DNA of 64,000 bases from an uncultured Chloroflexia bacterium (GCA_963845925.1 CAWJUA010000013.1:33507-97506), one strand, 5' to 3'. Counted from the stretch's first letter, positions 11,263 through 21,732 are shown. A program made the numbers and translations. The notes: a model not told the origin generated them from the sequence alone.

Positions 11263-13194
11263 ATGGCACTGCACCCGTTGTCCCTGCGCGCGCGTTCCCG
11301 TCGCACGTCCCCCCTCCGTCGGTCGGGCCGCAAGCGAGCTGTCGCTCTGCTTTGCGCGGTGATGACCACGGTCCCGGCGATCCTCTGGTCGCCGGCGGTC
11401 CGGCTGGGGTCCGGAGGCGCCACAGCCGCGACCTGCCCGTCGTTCCAGGCGCTCGTCAATGCCGCCCCGACCGGCAGCACGCTCACCGTTCCTGCATGCA
11501 CCTATCACGAGACGGTGACCATCAGCAAGAAACTGACGGTCAACGCGAAGGGCGCCGTGATCGACGGCGACAACGTCAGGACCAAGGGCCTCGAGATCAA
11601 GGCCAACGACGTCGTCGTCGATGGCCTCACCGTCAAGCGAATCCTCAATGGAGCGCACGTCGGCGCCGTCCAGGCGACCAGCGTCTCGCGGTTCACGTTC
11701 AAGAACGGCGTTGCCCGCGACAGCGCGACGGTTTGCATCGTGCTGGGCGGCGGCTACGGGTTCCAGATCTTGAACTCCGAGTTCACGGGCTGCGGCCAGG
11801 AGGGCTACTTCCTGAACAACGTCACGGACAGCGTGTTCAGCGGGAACCGGATCCACCACAACAACATGCAGCTCGCGTTCTCCGGCGCCGAGTCTGGCGG
11901 AGGCAAGACGATGGCGAGCAGCCGGATCACGTTCGACCGTAACGAGGTCGCGTACAACCGAGGTCCGGGCATCTGGTTCGACAACGGCGTTCGCGATGTC
12001 GAAGCGACGAACAACCGCGTCCACGACAACGACGACGAGGGGATCTTCTTCGAGATCAGCGACGGCGCGAGGATCGCCGGCAACGCGGTGTGGAACAACG
12101 GGTTCGCGAACCCGCGCTGGGCGTACGGCGCGGGCATCACGATCAGCTCGTCGAACAACGCCGAGGTCGATCACAACACCGTCGCCTGGAACGCTCGCGG
12201 CATCAGCGTCATCAGCCAGAATCGAGGATCACAGCCGCACCACGGCATTCGGGTCTACGCGAACACCGTCATCGGCTCCGCCGGGGACAAGGTCGCGGGC
12301 TGGTACGACGACCACGGCGGCACGCTCTACAACGCCGCCAATGGCAACGGCGGGTGGGGTGGTCGCTACTGGGTGGGCGTCCCGGAGCCCACGAGCTATC
12401 GCTATGAGTGGGCGGGCAGCCGCTCGACCGTTGCTGGATACAACGCGACGCCCGGCGAGGAAGGCGCCGTCAACCTGACGACCGCCCAACGCGACGCTGC
12501 GCTCACTGCCGCGGGGATTCCCACCGGAGCCCTGCCGGCAGTCATCCCCGGCGTGCCCGCCTCGCCGCCGGCGATCTCGTTCCGCGGCGGCACCGTGGGG
12601 ACGACGGTCCCCGGCAGGTATAGCTGGCCGGCCAGCGCCGGTGCCGTGGCGTACCGCCTCCAGGTCCAAGTGGACGGCGGTGCGTGGCAGAACATCGCGC
12701 TGCCCACCCCTACCGCGACCTCGGTCGATGCGTACTTCGCCGTTGGACACACGTACCGGATCCGGGTCGGATTGGCCGTGATCGCGAACCTGTGGAGCCG
12801 ATGGCGGTACTCCGGGTCCCTGCCTGTGAAGCTCTACCAGGAGACGGATTCCCTCCTGGGTTATTCCGGCACATGGGCGCGGGTCGCCCGGACGGGTGCC
12901 TCCGGCGGGTACCTGCGTTACGCCACGGGATCGACGGCCATCGCGAAGGTGACGTTCACCGGTCGCGCCGTCGGGTGGGTCTCGCCGCTGGGGCCCACGC
13001 TCGGTTCAGCCCGGATCTACCTCGACGGGACGAACGTCGCGACGGTCAACCTCAATCGCACGACTGCGTATGTGCGCCAGATCGTCTACGCGATGTCGTG
13101 GCCGGTCGCAGGCGCGCACGTCCTCGAGATCCGAGTCGCCGCCACGCCCGGTCACCCGGAGGTCGACGTCGACGGGATCGCAATCGCGCCCTGA
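11263..13194 (+). CDS. Secreted right-handed parallel beta-helix protein with C-terminal beta-sandwich domains
   Basis: GGGAGG RBS before ATG 11263; signal-like N-terminus; Asn-ladder repeats (NRIHHN, NEVAYN, GIWFD, NRVHDN, GIFFEIS); C-terminal FTG..V..YLDG module. Confidence 0.8.
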   Translation: MALHPLSLRARSRRTSPLRRSGRKRAVALLCAVMTTVPAILWSPAVRLGSGGATAATCPSFQALVNAAPTGSTLTVPACTYHETVTISKKLTVNAKGAVIDGDNVRTKGLEIKANDVVVDGLTVKRILNGAHVGAVQATSVSRFTFKNGVARDSATVCIVLGGGYGFQILNSEFTGCGQEGYFLNNVTDSVFSGNRIHHNNMQLAFSGAESGGGKTMASSRITFDRNEVAYNRGPGIWFDNGVRDVEATNNRVHDNDDEGIFFEISDGARIAGNAVWNNGFANPRWAYGAGITISSSNNAEVDHNTVAWNARGISVISQNRGSQPHHGIRVYANTVIGSAGDKVAGWYDDHGGTLYNAANGNGGWGGRYWVGVPEPTSYRYEWAGSRSTVAGYNATPGEEGAVNLTTAQRDAALTAAGIPTGALPAVIPGVPASPPAISFRGGTVGTTVPGRYSWPASAGAVAYRLQVQVDGGAWQNIALPTPTATSVDAYFAVGHTYRIRVGLAVIANLWSRWRYSGSLPVKLYQETDSLLGYSGTWARVARTGASGGYLRYATGSTAIAKVTFTGRAVGWVSPLGPTLGSARIYLDGTNVATVNLNRTTAYVRQIVYAMSWPVAGAHVLEIRVAATPGHPEVDVDGIAIAP

Positions 13195-13227
13195 GGCCGG
13201 TTCCGGAGCGAGCCGAGCTGACCGGGC

Positions 13228-14673
13228 CTACTGCGGCTGGGCGAGCACCATGATCCGGACCTCGGTCATGTCGTCGATCGCCCAGCGCAGGCCCTCGCGG
13301 CCGAGGCCGCTGTCCTTCACGCCGCCGTACGGCATGTGGTCGATCCGGTAGGTCGGGACGTCGTTGACGATCACGCCGCCGACTTCCAGCTCGCCGAAGC
13401 CCTGCCACGCGTGCGACAGGTCGTTCGTGAAGACGCCGGTCTGGAGCCCGAACATCGAGTCGTTCACCTCGCGGACCGCGTCGCCGAAGTCGCGGAACGG
13501 GAACGCGACGACGAGCGGGGCGAAGGCCTCGTTCGAGCAGACCTGAGCCGTCACCGGGACGTCGGTCAGGATCGTCGGCGGGAAGAACGAGCCGTCGGCC
13601 TTGCCGCCGAGCAGGAGCTTGCCGCCCATCGCGACCGCCTCGTCGACCCAGCGCTGCGTCCGCGACGCCGCGGCGACGTCGACCATCGGGCCCATCTCGG
13701 TCTGGGGATCGAGCGGGTCGCCAACCTTGATCCCCCGGGCACCCTCGACGAAGCGGTCCATGAACGCGTCCCAGATGTCCTCATGCACGAACATCCGCTG
13801 GACGCTGATGCAGACCTGGCCGGAATACGTGAACGCCCCGACGAGCGTCCGCTTGACCGCCCAGTCGAGGTCCGCGGTCTTGTCGACGATCACGCCGGCG
13901 TTGCCGCCCAGCTCGAGCACGACCTTCTTCTTGCCGGCCCGGTCCTTCATCCGCCAGCCGACCGAGGGGCTGCCCGTGAACGTCAGCAGCTTGAAACGCT
14001 CGTCGCTGACCATCCGGTCACCCAGCTCGCGGCTCATCGGGAGGACGCTGACGCTGCCCGCCGGCGCGCCGGCTTCCTCGATGATCTCGGCGACCGTCAG
14101 CATCGTGAGCGGGTCCTTGGACGGCGGCTTGAGGACGATCGGGTTGCCCGATGCGATCGCCGGCGCGACCTTGTGGGCGGCGAGGTTCAGCGGGAAGTTG
14201 AACGGGCTGATGCCGGCGATCGGGCCGATCGGGAAGCGGCGGGTGATCCCGATCCGGCCCTTCGACGCGGGCATCAGGTCGAGCGGGATCGTCTCGCCGA
14301 CCATCCGTTCCGCCTCCTCTGCGCCGAGGCGGAACGTGAGCGTCGCCCGGTCGACCTCGACGAGCGAGTCCCGGATCGGCTTGCCGGCCTCGAGCGCGAT
14401 GAGCCGGCCCAGCTCCTCGCGGCGGGCCTTGATCCCGGCGCTGATGTTCCGGAGGATCGCGCCCCGCTCGTAGGCCGGCAGCGTCCGGGTCACCTCGAAC
14501 GCCGCGACGGCCGCCTCGACCGCCTCCTCGTACTGCGCCTCGGTCGCGTGGAACGTCGCCCCGGCGGGCTGGTCGGGGTGGGCCGGGTTGCTGACCTCGA
14601 GCAGATCGTCGGACTCGACCCAGCGGCCGGCGAGGTAGATCGGGTGGGGCTTCGTGCCGGCGGTCGTGGTCAT
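13228..14673 (-). CDS. Aldehyde dehydrogenase family protein
   Basis: PFNFP, FTGS, LELGG (catalytic Glu), GQVCIS (catalytic Cys), EAFAP and PYGGVKDSG. Confidence 0.95.
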   Translation of the reverse strand: MTTTAGTKPHPIYLAGRWVESDDLLEVSNPAHPDQPAGATFHATEAQYEEAVEAAVAAFEVTRTLPAYERGAILRNISAGIKARREELGRLIALEAGKPIRDSLVEVDRATLTFRLGAEEAERMVGETIPLDLMPASKGRIGITRRFPIGPIAGISPFNFPLNLAAHKVAPAIASGNPIVLKPPSKDPLTMLTVAEIIEEAGAPAGSVSVLPMSRELGDRMVSDERFKLLTFTGSPSVGWRMKDRAGKKKVVLELGGNAGVIVDKTADLDWAVKRTLVGAFTYSGQVCISVQRMFVHEDIWDAFMDRFVEGARGIKVGDPLDPQTEMGPMVDVAAASRTQRWVDEAVAMGGKLLLGGKADGSFFPPTILTDVPVTAQVCSNEAFAPLVVAFPFRDFGDAVREVNDSMFGLQTGVFTNDLSHAWQGFGELEVGGVIVNDVPTYRIDHMPYGGVKDSGLGREGLRWAIDDMTEVRIMVLAQPQ

Positions 14674-14715
14674 CGGGCGGCTCCTTCGGGTGGACGTCAT
14701 GTCATCCTACCGCCG

Positions 14716-15537
14716 ATGGCCCGACAAACCCGCAACCTGCGCACCGCCCTCCGCGTCCGTCCCGGCTCGCGTGTCGATCTCGCGAAGGTCGACCCGGCGG
14801 CGACGCACGGTCACACGAAACAGAGGTCCGAGGCGGAGCTGGCGGCGGGGGTCGAGCGGCTGACCGACCTCCAGGACCGGATCTGGGCCGAGGGCCGCCA
14901 GAAGATCCTCGTCGTCCTCCAGGGGATCGACGCCGCCGGCAAGGACGGCACCGTCCGCCACGTGATGTCGGCGTTCAACCCCCAGGGCTGCTCGGTGACG
15001 CCGTTCAAGGCGCCCTCCGCCGACGAGCTCGCCCACGACTACCTCTGGCGGATCCACCGTGCCATGCCCGGGAAGGGCGAGATCGTCGTCTTCAACCGGT
15101 CCCACTACGAGGACGTGCTCGTGGTCCGGGTCCACGACCTCGTCCCGAAGGCGGTCTGGTCGCGGCGGTACGACCAGATCAACGCGTTCGAGCGGCTCCT
15201 CGTCGAGGAGGGGACGACGATCCTCAAGTTCTTCCTGTACATCGACCGCGACGAACAGCGGGCACGGCTCCAGGCCCGGCTCGACGACCCGTCGAAGCGC
15301 TGGAAGTTCCGCCTCGGCGACCTCGAGGAGCGCAAGCGCTGGGACGACTACACGGCGGCGTACGAGGACATGCTCGACCGCTGCTCGACCGACGACGCGC
15401 CGTGGTACGTGATCCCGGCCAACCGCAAGTGGTTCCGGAACCTCGCGGTCGCAGAGATCCTGGCCGACACGCTCGACGACCTGAAGCCGCGCTATCCCGA
15501 GCCCGCGGAGGACCTCAAGGGCGTCACGGTCGAGTAG
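14716..15537 (+). CDS. ppk2: Polyphosphate kinase 2 family phosphotransferase (class III-like)
   Basis: QGIDAAGKDG Walker A, FNRSHYEDV and APWYVIPANRKW; ATG 14716. Confidence 0.92.
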   Translation: MARQTRNLRTALRVRPGSRVDLAKVDPAATHGHTKQRSEAELAAGVERLTDLQDRIWAEGRQKILVVLQGIDAAGKDGTVRHVMSAFNPQGCSVTPFKAPSADELAHDYLWRIHRAMPGKGEIVVFNRSHYEDVLVVRVHDLVPKAVWSRRYDQINAFERLLVEEGTTILKFFLYIDRDEQRARLQARLDDPSKRWKFRLGDLEERKRWDDYTAAYEDMLDRCSTDDAPWYVIPANRKWFRNLAVAEILADTLDDLKPRYPEPAEDLKGVTVE

Positions 15538-15931
15538 CGGCGGGCGGACGCCGGCCCGCCCGCGAGGACGTTCGCGAGCGGCCTACGGGACCATCGAGAG
15601 CGCCGCGTCCGCCTGGATGAGGCCCGACCCGGTCGCGTCGCTGCCCCAGCTGTACGTCGCGAACTGCGGGCCGCCGGCATTGAACGGATCCCAGACCTGG
15701 GCGCTGCCCGGCGGGATCGGCTGTGCCCGCTGCGACCGCCGCCACCCGATCCGGTCCGGGAGAGACCGGAAGCGCGGCCGGCAAGCCGCGGACGGGTCCG
15801 CGGCCGGCGTGGCCGCCGGGCAGGCGCCGGGAGGTCCGGAGCGCCCCAGCGAGGCGACGGCGGTCGGCGGTGCGGTAACGTTCGACGAACCGGGCGTCGA
15901 TGATGCCCGGGCAAGACGAATACTGTCAACG

Positions 15932-15951
15932 CTGTCGATAAGTTTCGACAG
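15932..15951. promoter_or_regulatory. Palindrome CTGTCGA-N6-TCGACAG, probable operator of the ArsR-family gene
   Basis: Perfect 7-bp inverted repeat between a TACTGT -10-like hexamer (15921-15926) and ATG 15958. Confidence 0.6.
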
Positions 15952-15957
15952 GTCGCG

Positions 15958-17016
15958 ATGCGGAGACCTGTGTTGCATACCGGCACCACGCCCCATGTCA
16001 GCCTGTCCATCGAGGCCTGGCCCGCGGCCGATCTCTCGATGAGCATGCTGGACGTCGTCGAGAAGTCCGCCCATCGCCGGCTCGACGCCGGATCGAGCTG
16101 GCGCGACCTCGCCGCTCCCCTGCCCGACGACTTCCTGCGGCGGGTCGATCGCTACACGAAGGAGGTCTGGATCAACCTTCTCGGGCTGCCGTACGACCAC
16201 CCGGACGGCCGGACCGGGGCGGGCCTCCTCGAGACAATCCGGTCGCTCCCCGCGGATGAGGTCCTGCGCTACGTCACCGGCTACTACCGGCGCGTCTTCC
16301 GGCGCGAGACGCCGCCGGCCGTCATGGACGACGCGATCGCCGGCGACCGGGCGGCCCGGCGCGAGTTCCGCCGGACGTCGTTCCCCGAGACGGCGCCGTG
16401 GCGCGACGCGCTGCGGCACCTGCTCAGCGCGCCCGCGGCGGAGATCCGGGACGAGTTCGCGGGCCTCGTCGCGGAGTGGCTGGAGCACGTCTACGGCGAA
16501 CGCGAGGCGGACCTCCTGGCGCTGACGGAGGCCGACGCCGCGGCGCTCCGCGCATCCGCCGACGGCGAGCGCATCGAGACGGTCGTCGAGCGGGCGGTGC
16601 CGGGCGTCACGTTCGTCCCGGAGGCCGGCCAGACGAGCGTCGTCCTCGTCTCGTCATGGACGATCCGGCCGCTCTGGGCAGTCACCGACCATCGCGCCGC
16701 GAACGTCTTCGCCTACCCGGCCGCGACGCGCTCGGGTGCGGCCTCGCCGCCCGCCCGCCTCGTCGCGCTGGGCAAGGCGATCGGCGACGAGACGCGGCTG
16801 CGGATCCTGCGCGAGCTCGCCACGGAGCCGGCGACGCCGCCGGACCTCGCCGACCGGATGGGCATCCCCCGGACGACGCTCCTCCACCACCTCGCGATCC
16901 TGCGCAAGGCGGACCTGATCAGCGTCCAGGTCCACGACTCCGCGTACCACACCTACGTGGTCCGGGACGAGCACCTCGGCGAGGTGTCGCGGCTGCTGGA
17001 GCAGTTCCTGGGCTGA
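15958..17016 (+). CDS. ArsR-family transcriptional regulator (C-terminal wHTH, long N-terminal domain)
   Basis: KAIGDETRLRIL...TLLHHLAILRKADLI. Confidence 0.85.
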   Translation: MRRPVLHTGTTPHVSLSIEAWPAADLSMSMLDVVEKSAHRRLDAGSSWRDLAAPLPDDFLRRVDRYTKEVWINLLGLPYDHPDGRTGAGLLETIRSLPADEVLRYVTGYYRRVFRRETPPAVMDDAIAGDRAARREFRRTSFPETAPWRDALRHLLSAPAAEIRDEFAGLVAEWLEHVYGEREADLLALTEADAAALRASADGERIETVVERAVPGVTFVPEAGQTSVVLVSSWTIRPLWAVTDHRAANVFAYPAATRSGAASPPARLVALGKAIGDETRLRILRELATEPATPPDLADRMGIPRTTLLHHLAILRKADLISVQVHDSAYHTYVVRDEHLGEVSRLLEQFLG

Positions 17017-17058
17017 GGCGGCACCCGGGCCGCGCCCGCGGGGCCCGTCGCCGGGCGG

Positions 17059-18747
17059 TCAGCGGCCGCTGAACAGCGTCCCGAACACCCCTCGGATGAT
17101 CTCCTGGCCCGTCCTCGACGTCAGGACCTTGCCGCCGGTCCGGATCGCCGTCTCCACCTGGCGGGCCTGGCGCTTCTCGGCCGCGATCCGCTCCCGCTCG
17201 AGCGCAGCCTGCTGGCGGGCCTCGGCCTTGCGCTCGCGCTCGGCGGCCTTCTGGGCCGCGGCGATCTCGCGCGCCTGGCGCTGGATCTCGCGCTGCTGCT
17301 GGGCCGGCGTCATCGTGTTGAGCCCGCCGGCCGTCGTCGGTGGCACGCCGGCCCGCATCGCCTGGTCCGCGGCCGCCTGGGAGGCGGTCGCCCGGGCGGC
17401 GGCGATCCGGCCGGTGATGATCTCGTGGGCGCTCTCCCGGTCGATCGCGGTCGCGTACTTCGTGCCGATGAGGCTCGCGGCGACGCGGGCCGCGAGGTCG
17501 GCCGGCGGGAGGGCGGCCATCAGCGAATCGGGCGGCAGGAGGCGCGTCGCTGCGAGCGGCGTCGGGACGCCGCGAGGCGAGAGCACCGTCACGAAGGCCT
17601 CGCCGGTGCCGAGCGACGTGATCGTCTCCTCGACGTCGTAGTGGGTCGTCGTCGGGAACGTCCGGGCGGTCTTGCGAAGCGCGTCGGCGTCGTCGGGCGT
17701 GAACGCCCGGAGCGCGTGCTGGACGCGGTTGCCGAGCTGGGCGAGGACCGACGAGGGGACGTCGGTCGGCGCCTGCGTCACGAAGTACACCCCCACGCCC
17801 TTCGAGCGGATGAGCCGGGCGGTCCGCTCGATCTGCTCCATCAGCGCGTCGGAGGCGTCGTGGAACAGGAGGTGGGCCTCGTCGAAGAAGAAGACCAGCT
17901 TGGGCTGCGGCAGGTCGCCGACCTCGGGCAGCATCTCGTACAGCTGGGCGAGCATCCAGAGCATGAACGTCGAGAAGAGCCGGGGCTGGTCCATCACGTC
18001 GGACAGCTCGAGGATGCTGACGACGCCCTGGCTGTCCTGCGTCGTCCGGAGCAGGTCGACGACCTGGAACTCGGGCTCGCCGAAGAACGCGTCGACGCCG
18101 GCCTGCTGGAGGACGATGATCGAGCGCAGGAGCACGCCGACCGAGGCCGCCGACATCCCGCCGTAGTCCTCGAGGATCGGCTTGCCCTCGTCCGACGACA
18201 GGTACTTGAGCGTCGTCGCGAGGTCGTCGAGGTCGAGCAGCGGCAGGCTGTTGTCGTCGCAGTACTTGAACACGAGGGCGAGGATCGAGGTCTGGGTCTC
18301 GTTCAGGTCGAGGACCTTGCCGAGGAGCAGCGGCCCGAAGGAGTGGACCGTCGCCCGGACCTGGGCGCCCTGTTTGCCCGACAGCGACAGGAACTCGACG
18401 GGGTGGCCGCTCGGCTGGAACGTCCAGTTCAGCGACGCCGCCCGCTCCTGGACCTTCGGGTTGGTCGCGTCGCCCGGCGCGGCCATGCCAGACACGTCGC
18501 CCTTGATGTCGCTGATGAAGACCGGCACCCCGGCCTTCGACAGCTGGCCCGCGAGCAGCTGCAGCGTCTTCGTCTTGCCGGTGCCGGTGGCGCCGGCGAT
18601 CAGCCCGTGGCGGTTGAGCATCGACAGCGCGACCTGGACCCGGGCGTCGTTGTCGACCTCGCCCTCGAGCATCGGGCTGCCGATCACGACCGCGGGCTCG
18701 GTCAGGGCGTAGCCCGCGATCATCTCGTCGCGGAACGACTGGTCCAT
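17059..18747 (-). CDS. HerA-like P-loop ATPase (DUF853/YjgR family)
   Basis: NRHGLIAGATGTGKT, FFFDEAH, RSKGVG and QHALRAFTP. Confidence 0.9.
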   Translation of the reverse strand: MDQSFRDEMIAGYALTEPAVVIGSPMLEGEVDNDARVQVALSMLNRHGLIAGATGTGKTKTLQLLAGQLSKAGVPVFISDIKGDVSGMAAPGDATNPKVQERAASLNWTFQPSGHPVEFLSLSGKQGAQVRATVHSFGPLLLGKVLDLNETQTSILALVFKYCDDNSLPLLDLDDLATTLKYLSSDEGKPILEDYGGMSAASVGVLLRSIIVLQQAGVDAFFGEPEFQVVDLLRTTQDSQGVVSILELSDVMDQPRLFSTFMLWMLAQLYEMLPEVGDLPQPKLVFFFDEAHLLFHDASDALMEQIERTARLIRSKGVGVYFVTQAPTDVPSSVLAQLGNRVQHALRAFTPDDADALRKTARTFPTTTHYDVEETITSLGTGEAFVTVLSPRGVPTPLAATRLLPPDSLMAALPPADLAARVAASLIGTKYATAIDRESAHEIITGRIAAARATASQAAADQAMRAGVPPTTAGGLNTMTPAQQQREIQRQAREIAAAQKAAERERKAEARQQAALERERIAAEKRQARQVETAIRTGGKVLTSRTGQEIIRGVFGTLFSGR

Positions 18748-18848
18748 GGGTCCCTCCAAGGGCACGCTGGAGGCGAGCGGGGATGAGGCCGAAGCGTACA
18801 GCGGCACCCGTCCGGGCCGTCGTCCCCGTGCGGCCGGCGCTCCGGGCG

Positions 18849-18888
18849 CCCGAAGCCGGCGCGGGCCGGGCGCCCGCGCCGGTTCGGG
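18849..18888 (-). terminator. GC-rich stem-loop downstream of the secreted repeat protein
   Basis: cccgaa(g)ccggcgcgggc ... gcccgcgccggttcggg inverted repeat; no clear U-tract. Confidence 0.45.
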
Positions 18889-18906
18889 TTCTGTGCTCTG
18901 CCCGGG

Positions 18907-21732
18907 CTAGTTGAAGTAGCCCGAGACGTCAAGGATCAGGTTGGTCGTCTTGCCCGTGCCCGCCTTGTAGACGAGGAACTCCTTGCCCGTGCCGTTGAGC
19001 GGCAGCGTCACGCCGTTCGCCCGGACGTCACCGAGGGGGAAGTTCAGGACCGACGTGGTCGGGTTGGGGTCCGACGCGAGCGTCGCCGAGACGAAGCCCG
19101 CGGCCGTCTGGCCGACGACCGTCAGGTTGCCCGTAACGGCCTTCGCCGACGCGGGCACGCCCCAATGGCCCGACACCGACAGTTGCCGCGGTGTGCTCGC
19201 CTTGAACGTCCCGGTGAGCCCCGAGAGCGGCACGCCCGGCCGGCTGTCGAGGATCCGGCCCGGGGTCAGCGGGAAGAACTTGAGGCCGGAAGGGTCGTCG
19301 CGGTAGAAGCCGGTGACGTCGAGCAGGACGTTGGTCGTGCCCGCGGTTGTGGCCTTGTAGACGATCGAGAGGTCGCCGCTCGCGTTCAGCGGGAGCGATG
19401 CCCCGTTGGCCCGCGTGTCGCCGAGCGGGAAGTTCAGGATTGACGTGGTCGGGTTGACGACCGGGTTTGGCGTGATCGAGAGGAAGCCGGCCCTCGTCTG
19501 GCCGACGATCGTGACGTTCGCGGTGACCGCCTTCGCGTCAGCCGGGATGCCGTGGGCGCCGGCGATGCTCAGCGTCCGCGGCGTGTTCGTATGGAACACC
19601 CCGGGGAGGCCGATCGAGATGCCAGGCCGCGAGTCGAGGACCCGGACCGGGGTGATCGTCGAGTAGGTCGCGTGGGTGTTGCCGGCAAGGAAGTAGCCGG
19701 TGATGTCGACGATGAGGTGGGTCGAACGGCCTGCCGCGGCCTTGTAGACGGCGGCCAGCTTGCCGTTGCCGGCCAGCGGCGTCGTGACGTTGTTCGCCCG
19801 GGTGTCGCCGAGAGGGAAGTTGAGGGTCGAGCTCTGCGGGTTGATGACCGGCGTCGGGGTGATCGAGAGGAAGCCGCCCGACGTCTGGCCGACGATCGTC
19901 ACGTTGCCGGTGACGGCGACCGCATTGGCCGGGATCCCGAGGGCGCCCGCGACCTGGAAGCTTCGCGGGACGTTCGCGCTGAACACCCCGGACAACCCGG
20001 TCCCGAACCTCGTGTCGAGCACCCGTACCGGGACAATGGGGACGTACGAGTTGCCGCCGGTCTGGAGCTGCGAGACCTCGGTCGCCCAGAGGTTGGCGCC
20101 GGCCGAGAACTCGTTGCCCTGCCAGACCGCGTTGGGGACCTGCGGGTCCTGGGCCACGCCGACGTAGTCACCCCAGCGGGTGCCGGGATAGTTCCCGGTG
20201 CCGGCCGACAGGAGGCCCCGGGCGCTTAGCGAGTTGTTCGCGGCCTTGGCCGATTGGTACGCGCCGTAGCTCGAGGCGTACTGCCCGGCGTCCGCCGACG
20301 ACCGCGTGTAGACGACGTGGAGGTCGTCGTTGAGGGCATAGCCGATGCCGCCCATGTAGAGATCGGCGCCCTCCTCGGCGACGAGGAAGCTCTGGATGAC
20401 GGATGGCGTCGCGTTGGTCGTGTTGAGCTCGCTCACCCGGACGCAGTCGCGGTCCTCGGCGATGGCGCCGGCCGGGTCGCACGGAACCGTCGAGACGAAC
20501 GCGATGCGGTTGTCCTTCCAGATTGCGTCGGTCGGCCGGCCGTCGACCGCGTTCGTGATGGTCGCGGGGCCCGGAACGGGCTGCTGCGGGGCAGGCGGGT
20601 CGCCGAACCCGGTGAGGATCGACGACAGGTTGGCCGGCGTCGAGATCGAGGTCACGCCGCCACCGGCCGGCGTCCCGGTGATCCGGGCGTAGGCCACGTC
20701 GTTCGTGCTCGTCTCGGCGACGACGAAGACCGTCGGCGACGAGGCCGGCGTCTGCAGCGACGGCCGCCACGAGAAGAAGTCGTTGGCGAAGTTGCTGATG
20801 CTGTTGAGGAAGTCGATGTTGATGTTGCCGGTGCCGAGCAGCTCGGACCAGGCCATGACGTCCATCTCGGTGCCGAGGAACGAGGCGTCGTCGGGTGCGC
20901 AGCCCATGCCGCCGCTGGGGACGAGCGCGAAGACATTCGCGCTCACGACGACCTTGTCGGTCGAGGTGCCGATGCCCGGGTAATCGGGCAGCGCGTCGGT
21001 GTAACCGATCGAGAGGACGCCCCAGCCCAGCGTCGGGTCGGGGCCGTCCGAGATCGCGATGTCAATGAAGCCGGTGCCGACGTCCGTCGTGGCGTCGGTG
21101 AAGCAGTCGAAGCTCGCCTCGATCGCGACCCAGCGCTGGTGGAGGCTGTCGTAGATCACATGCGGGTCGAAGAAGGCGACCTCGCCCGGGTCGTAGAACG
21201 CGCCGAGACCGAAGAAGTCGAACATGTCGGTGGTCTTGACCGCGGTGCCCGAACGGTTGTTGAAGCGGAACGCCGTGTTGACGGCTTGAACGACGTGCTC
21301 CGGCCCGGCGGCCACCCACGGGTCGGGCGGCTCGCCGGCGGTGGAGGTCGGGGGCGTGCCGTCGAAGGCGAGACCGGCGTGGGACGTCGCCTCGGTGATC
21401 GCCGGGTCGGCGTTCGTGGTCGCGAACGTCGGCGCGGTGGCGGCGAGGACGCCGATCGGCGCCTTGGTGTGGAATCGGTCCGCCGGTGCGGCGAGGGCCG
21501 GCTCCACCGGCGACGCCTTGCCGGTCGATTCCGGCAGGTTCGACACGTCGACGTGGCGATACGACCGGACGCCGGACTGTTCGCGGCCGGGGTCCTGCCC
21601 GATCCGGATCGAGCGATCCGTGGCCTGACTTCCGGAGCGGGCGTCCGCGGCGGTGGTCCCGACGATCGACGCGGCGAGGGCCGCGAGCGTCGCGAGCGTG
21701 ACGAGGCGCGAGGCGGCGGGGCGCATGGTCAT
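18907..21732 (-). CDS. Secreted protein with a PPDP..RWGDY domain and three C-terminal P-x-R-x-LD-[TS]-R repeats
   Basis: Signal peptide after ATG 21732; three repeats of about 127 aa containing AVT[GA]N[VL]T[IV]VG, LNFPLGD.RAN and D[IV][TS]G[YF][FY]. Confidence 0.8.
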   Translation of the reverse strand: MTMRPAASRLVTLATLAALAASIVGTTAADARSGSQATDRSIRIGQDPGREQSGVRSYRHVDVSNLPESTGKASPVEPALAAPADRFHTKAPIGVLAATAPTFATTNADPAITEATSHAGLAFDGTPPTSTAGEPPDPWVAAGPEHVVQAVNTAFRFNNRSGTAVKTTDMFDFFGLGAFYDPGEVAFFDPHVIYDSLHQRWVAIEASFDCFTDATTDVGTGFIDIAISDGPDPTLGWGVLSIGYTDALPDYPGIGTSTDKVVVSANVFALVPSGGMGCAPDDASFLGTEMDVMAWSELLGTGNINIDFLNSISNFANDFFSWRPSLQTPASSPTVFVVAETSTNDVAYARITGTPAGGGVTSISTPANLSSILTGFGDPPAPQQPVPGPATITNAVDGRPTDAIWKDNRIAFVSTVPCDPAGAIAEDRDCVRVSELNTTNATPSVIQSFLVAEEGADLYMGGIGYALNDDLHVVYTRSSADAGQYASSYGAYQSAKAANNSLSARGLLSAGTGNYPGTRWGDYVGVAQDPQVPNAVWQGNEFSAGANLWATEVSQLQTGGNSYVPIVPVRVLDTRFGTGLSGVFSANVPRSFQVAGALGIPANAVAVTGNVTIVGQTSGGFLSITPTPVINPQSSTLNFPLGDTRANNVTTPLAGNGKLAAVYKAAAGRSTHLIVDITGYFLAGNTHATYSTITPVRVLDSRPGISIGLPGVFHTNTPRTLSIAGAHGIPADAKAVTANVTIVGQTRAGFLSITPNPVVNPTTSILNFPLGDTRANGASLPLNASGDLSIVYKATTAGTTNVLLDVTGFYRDDPSGLKFFPLTPGRILDSRPGVPLSGLTGTFKASTPRQLSVSGHWGVPASAKAVTGNLTVVGQTAAGFVSATLASDPNPTTSVLNFPLGDVRANGVTLPLNGTGKEFLVYKAGTGKTTNLILDVSGYFN

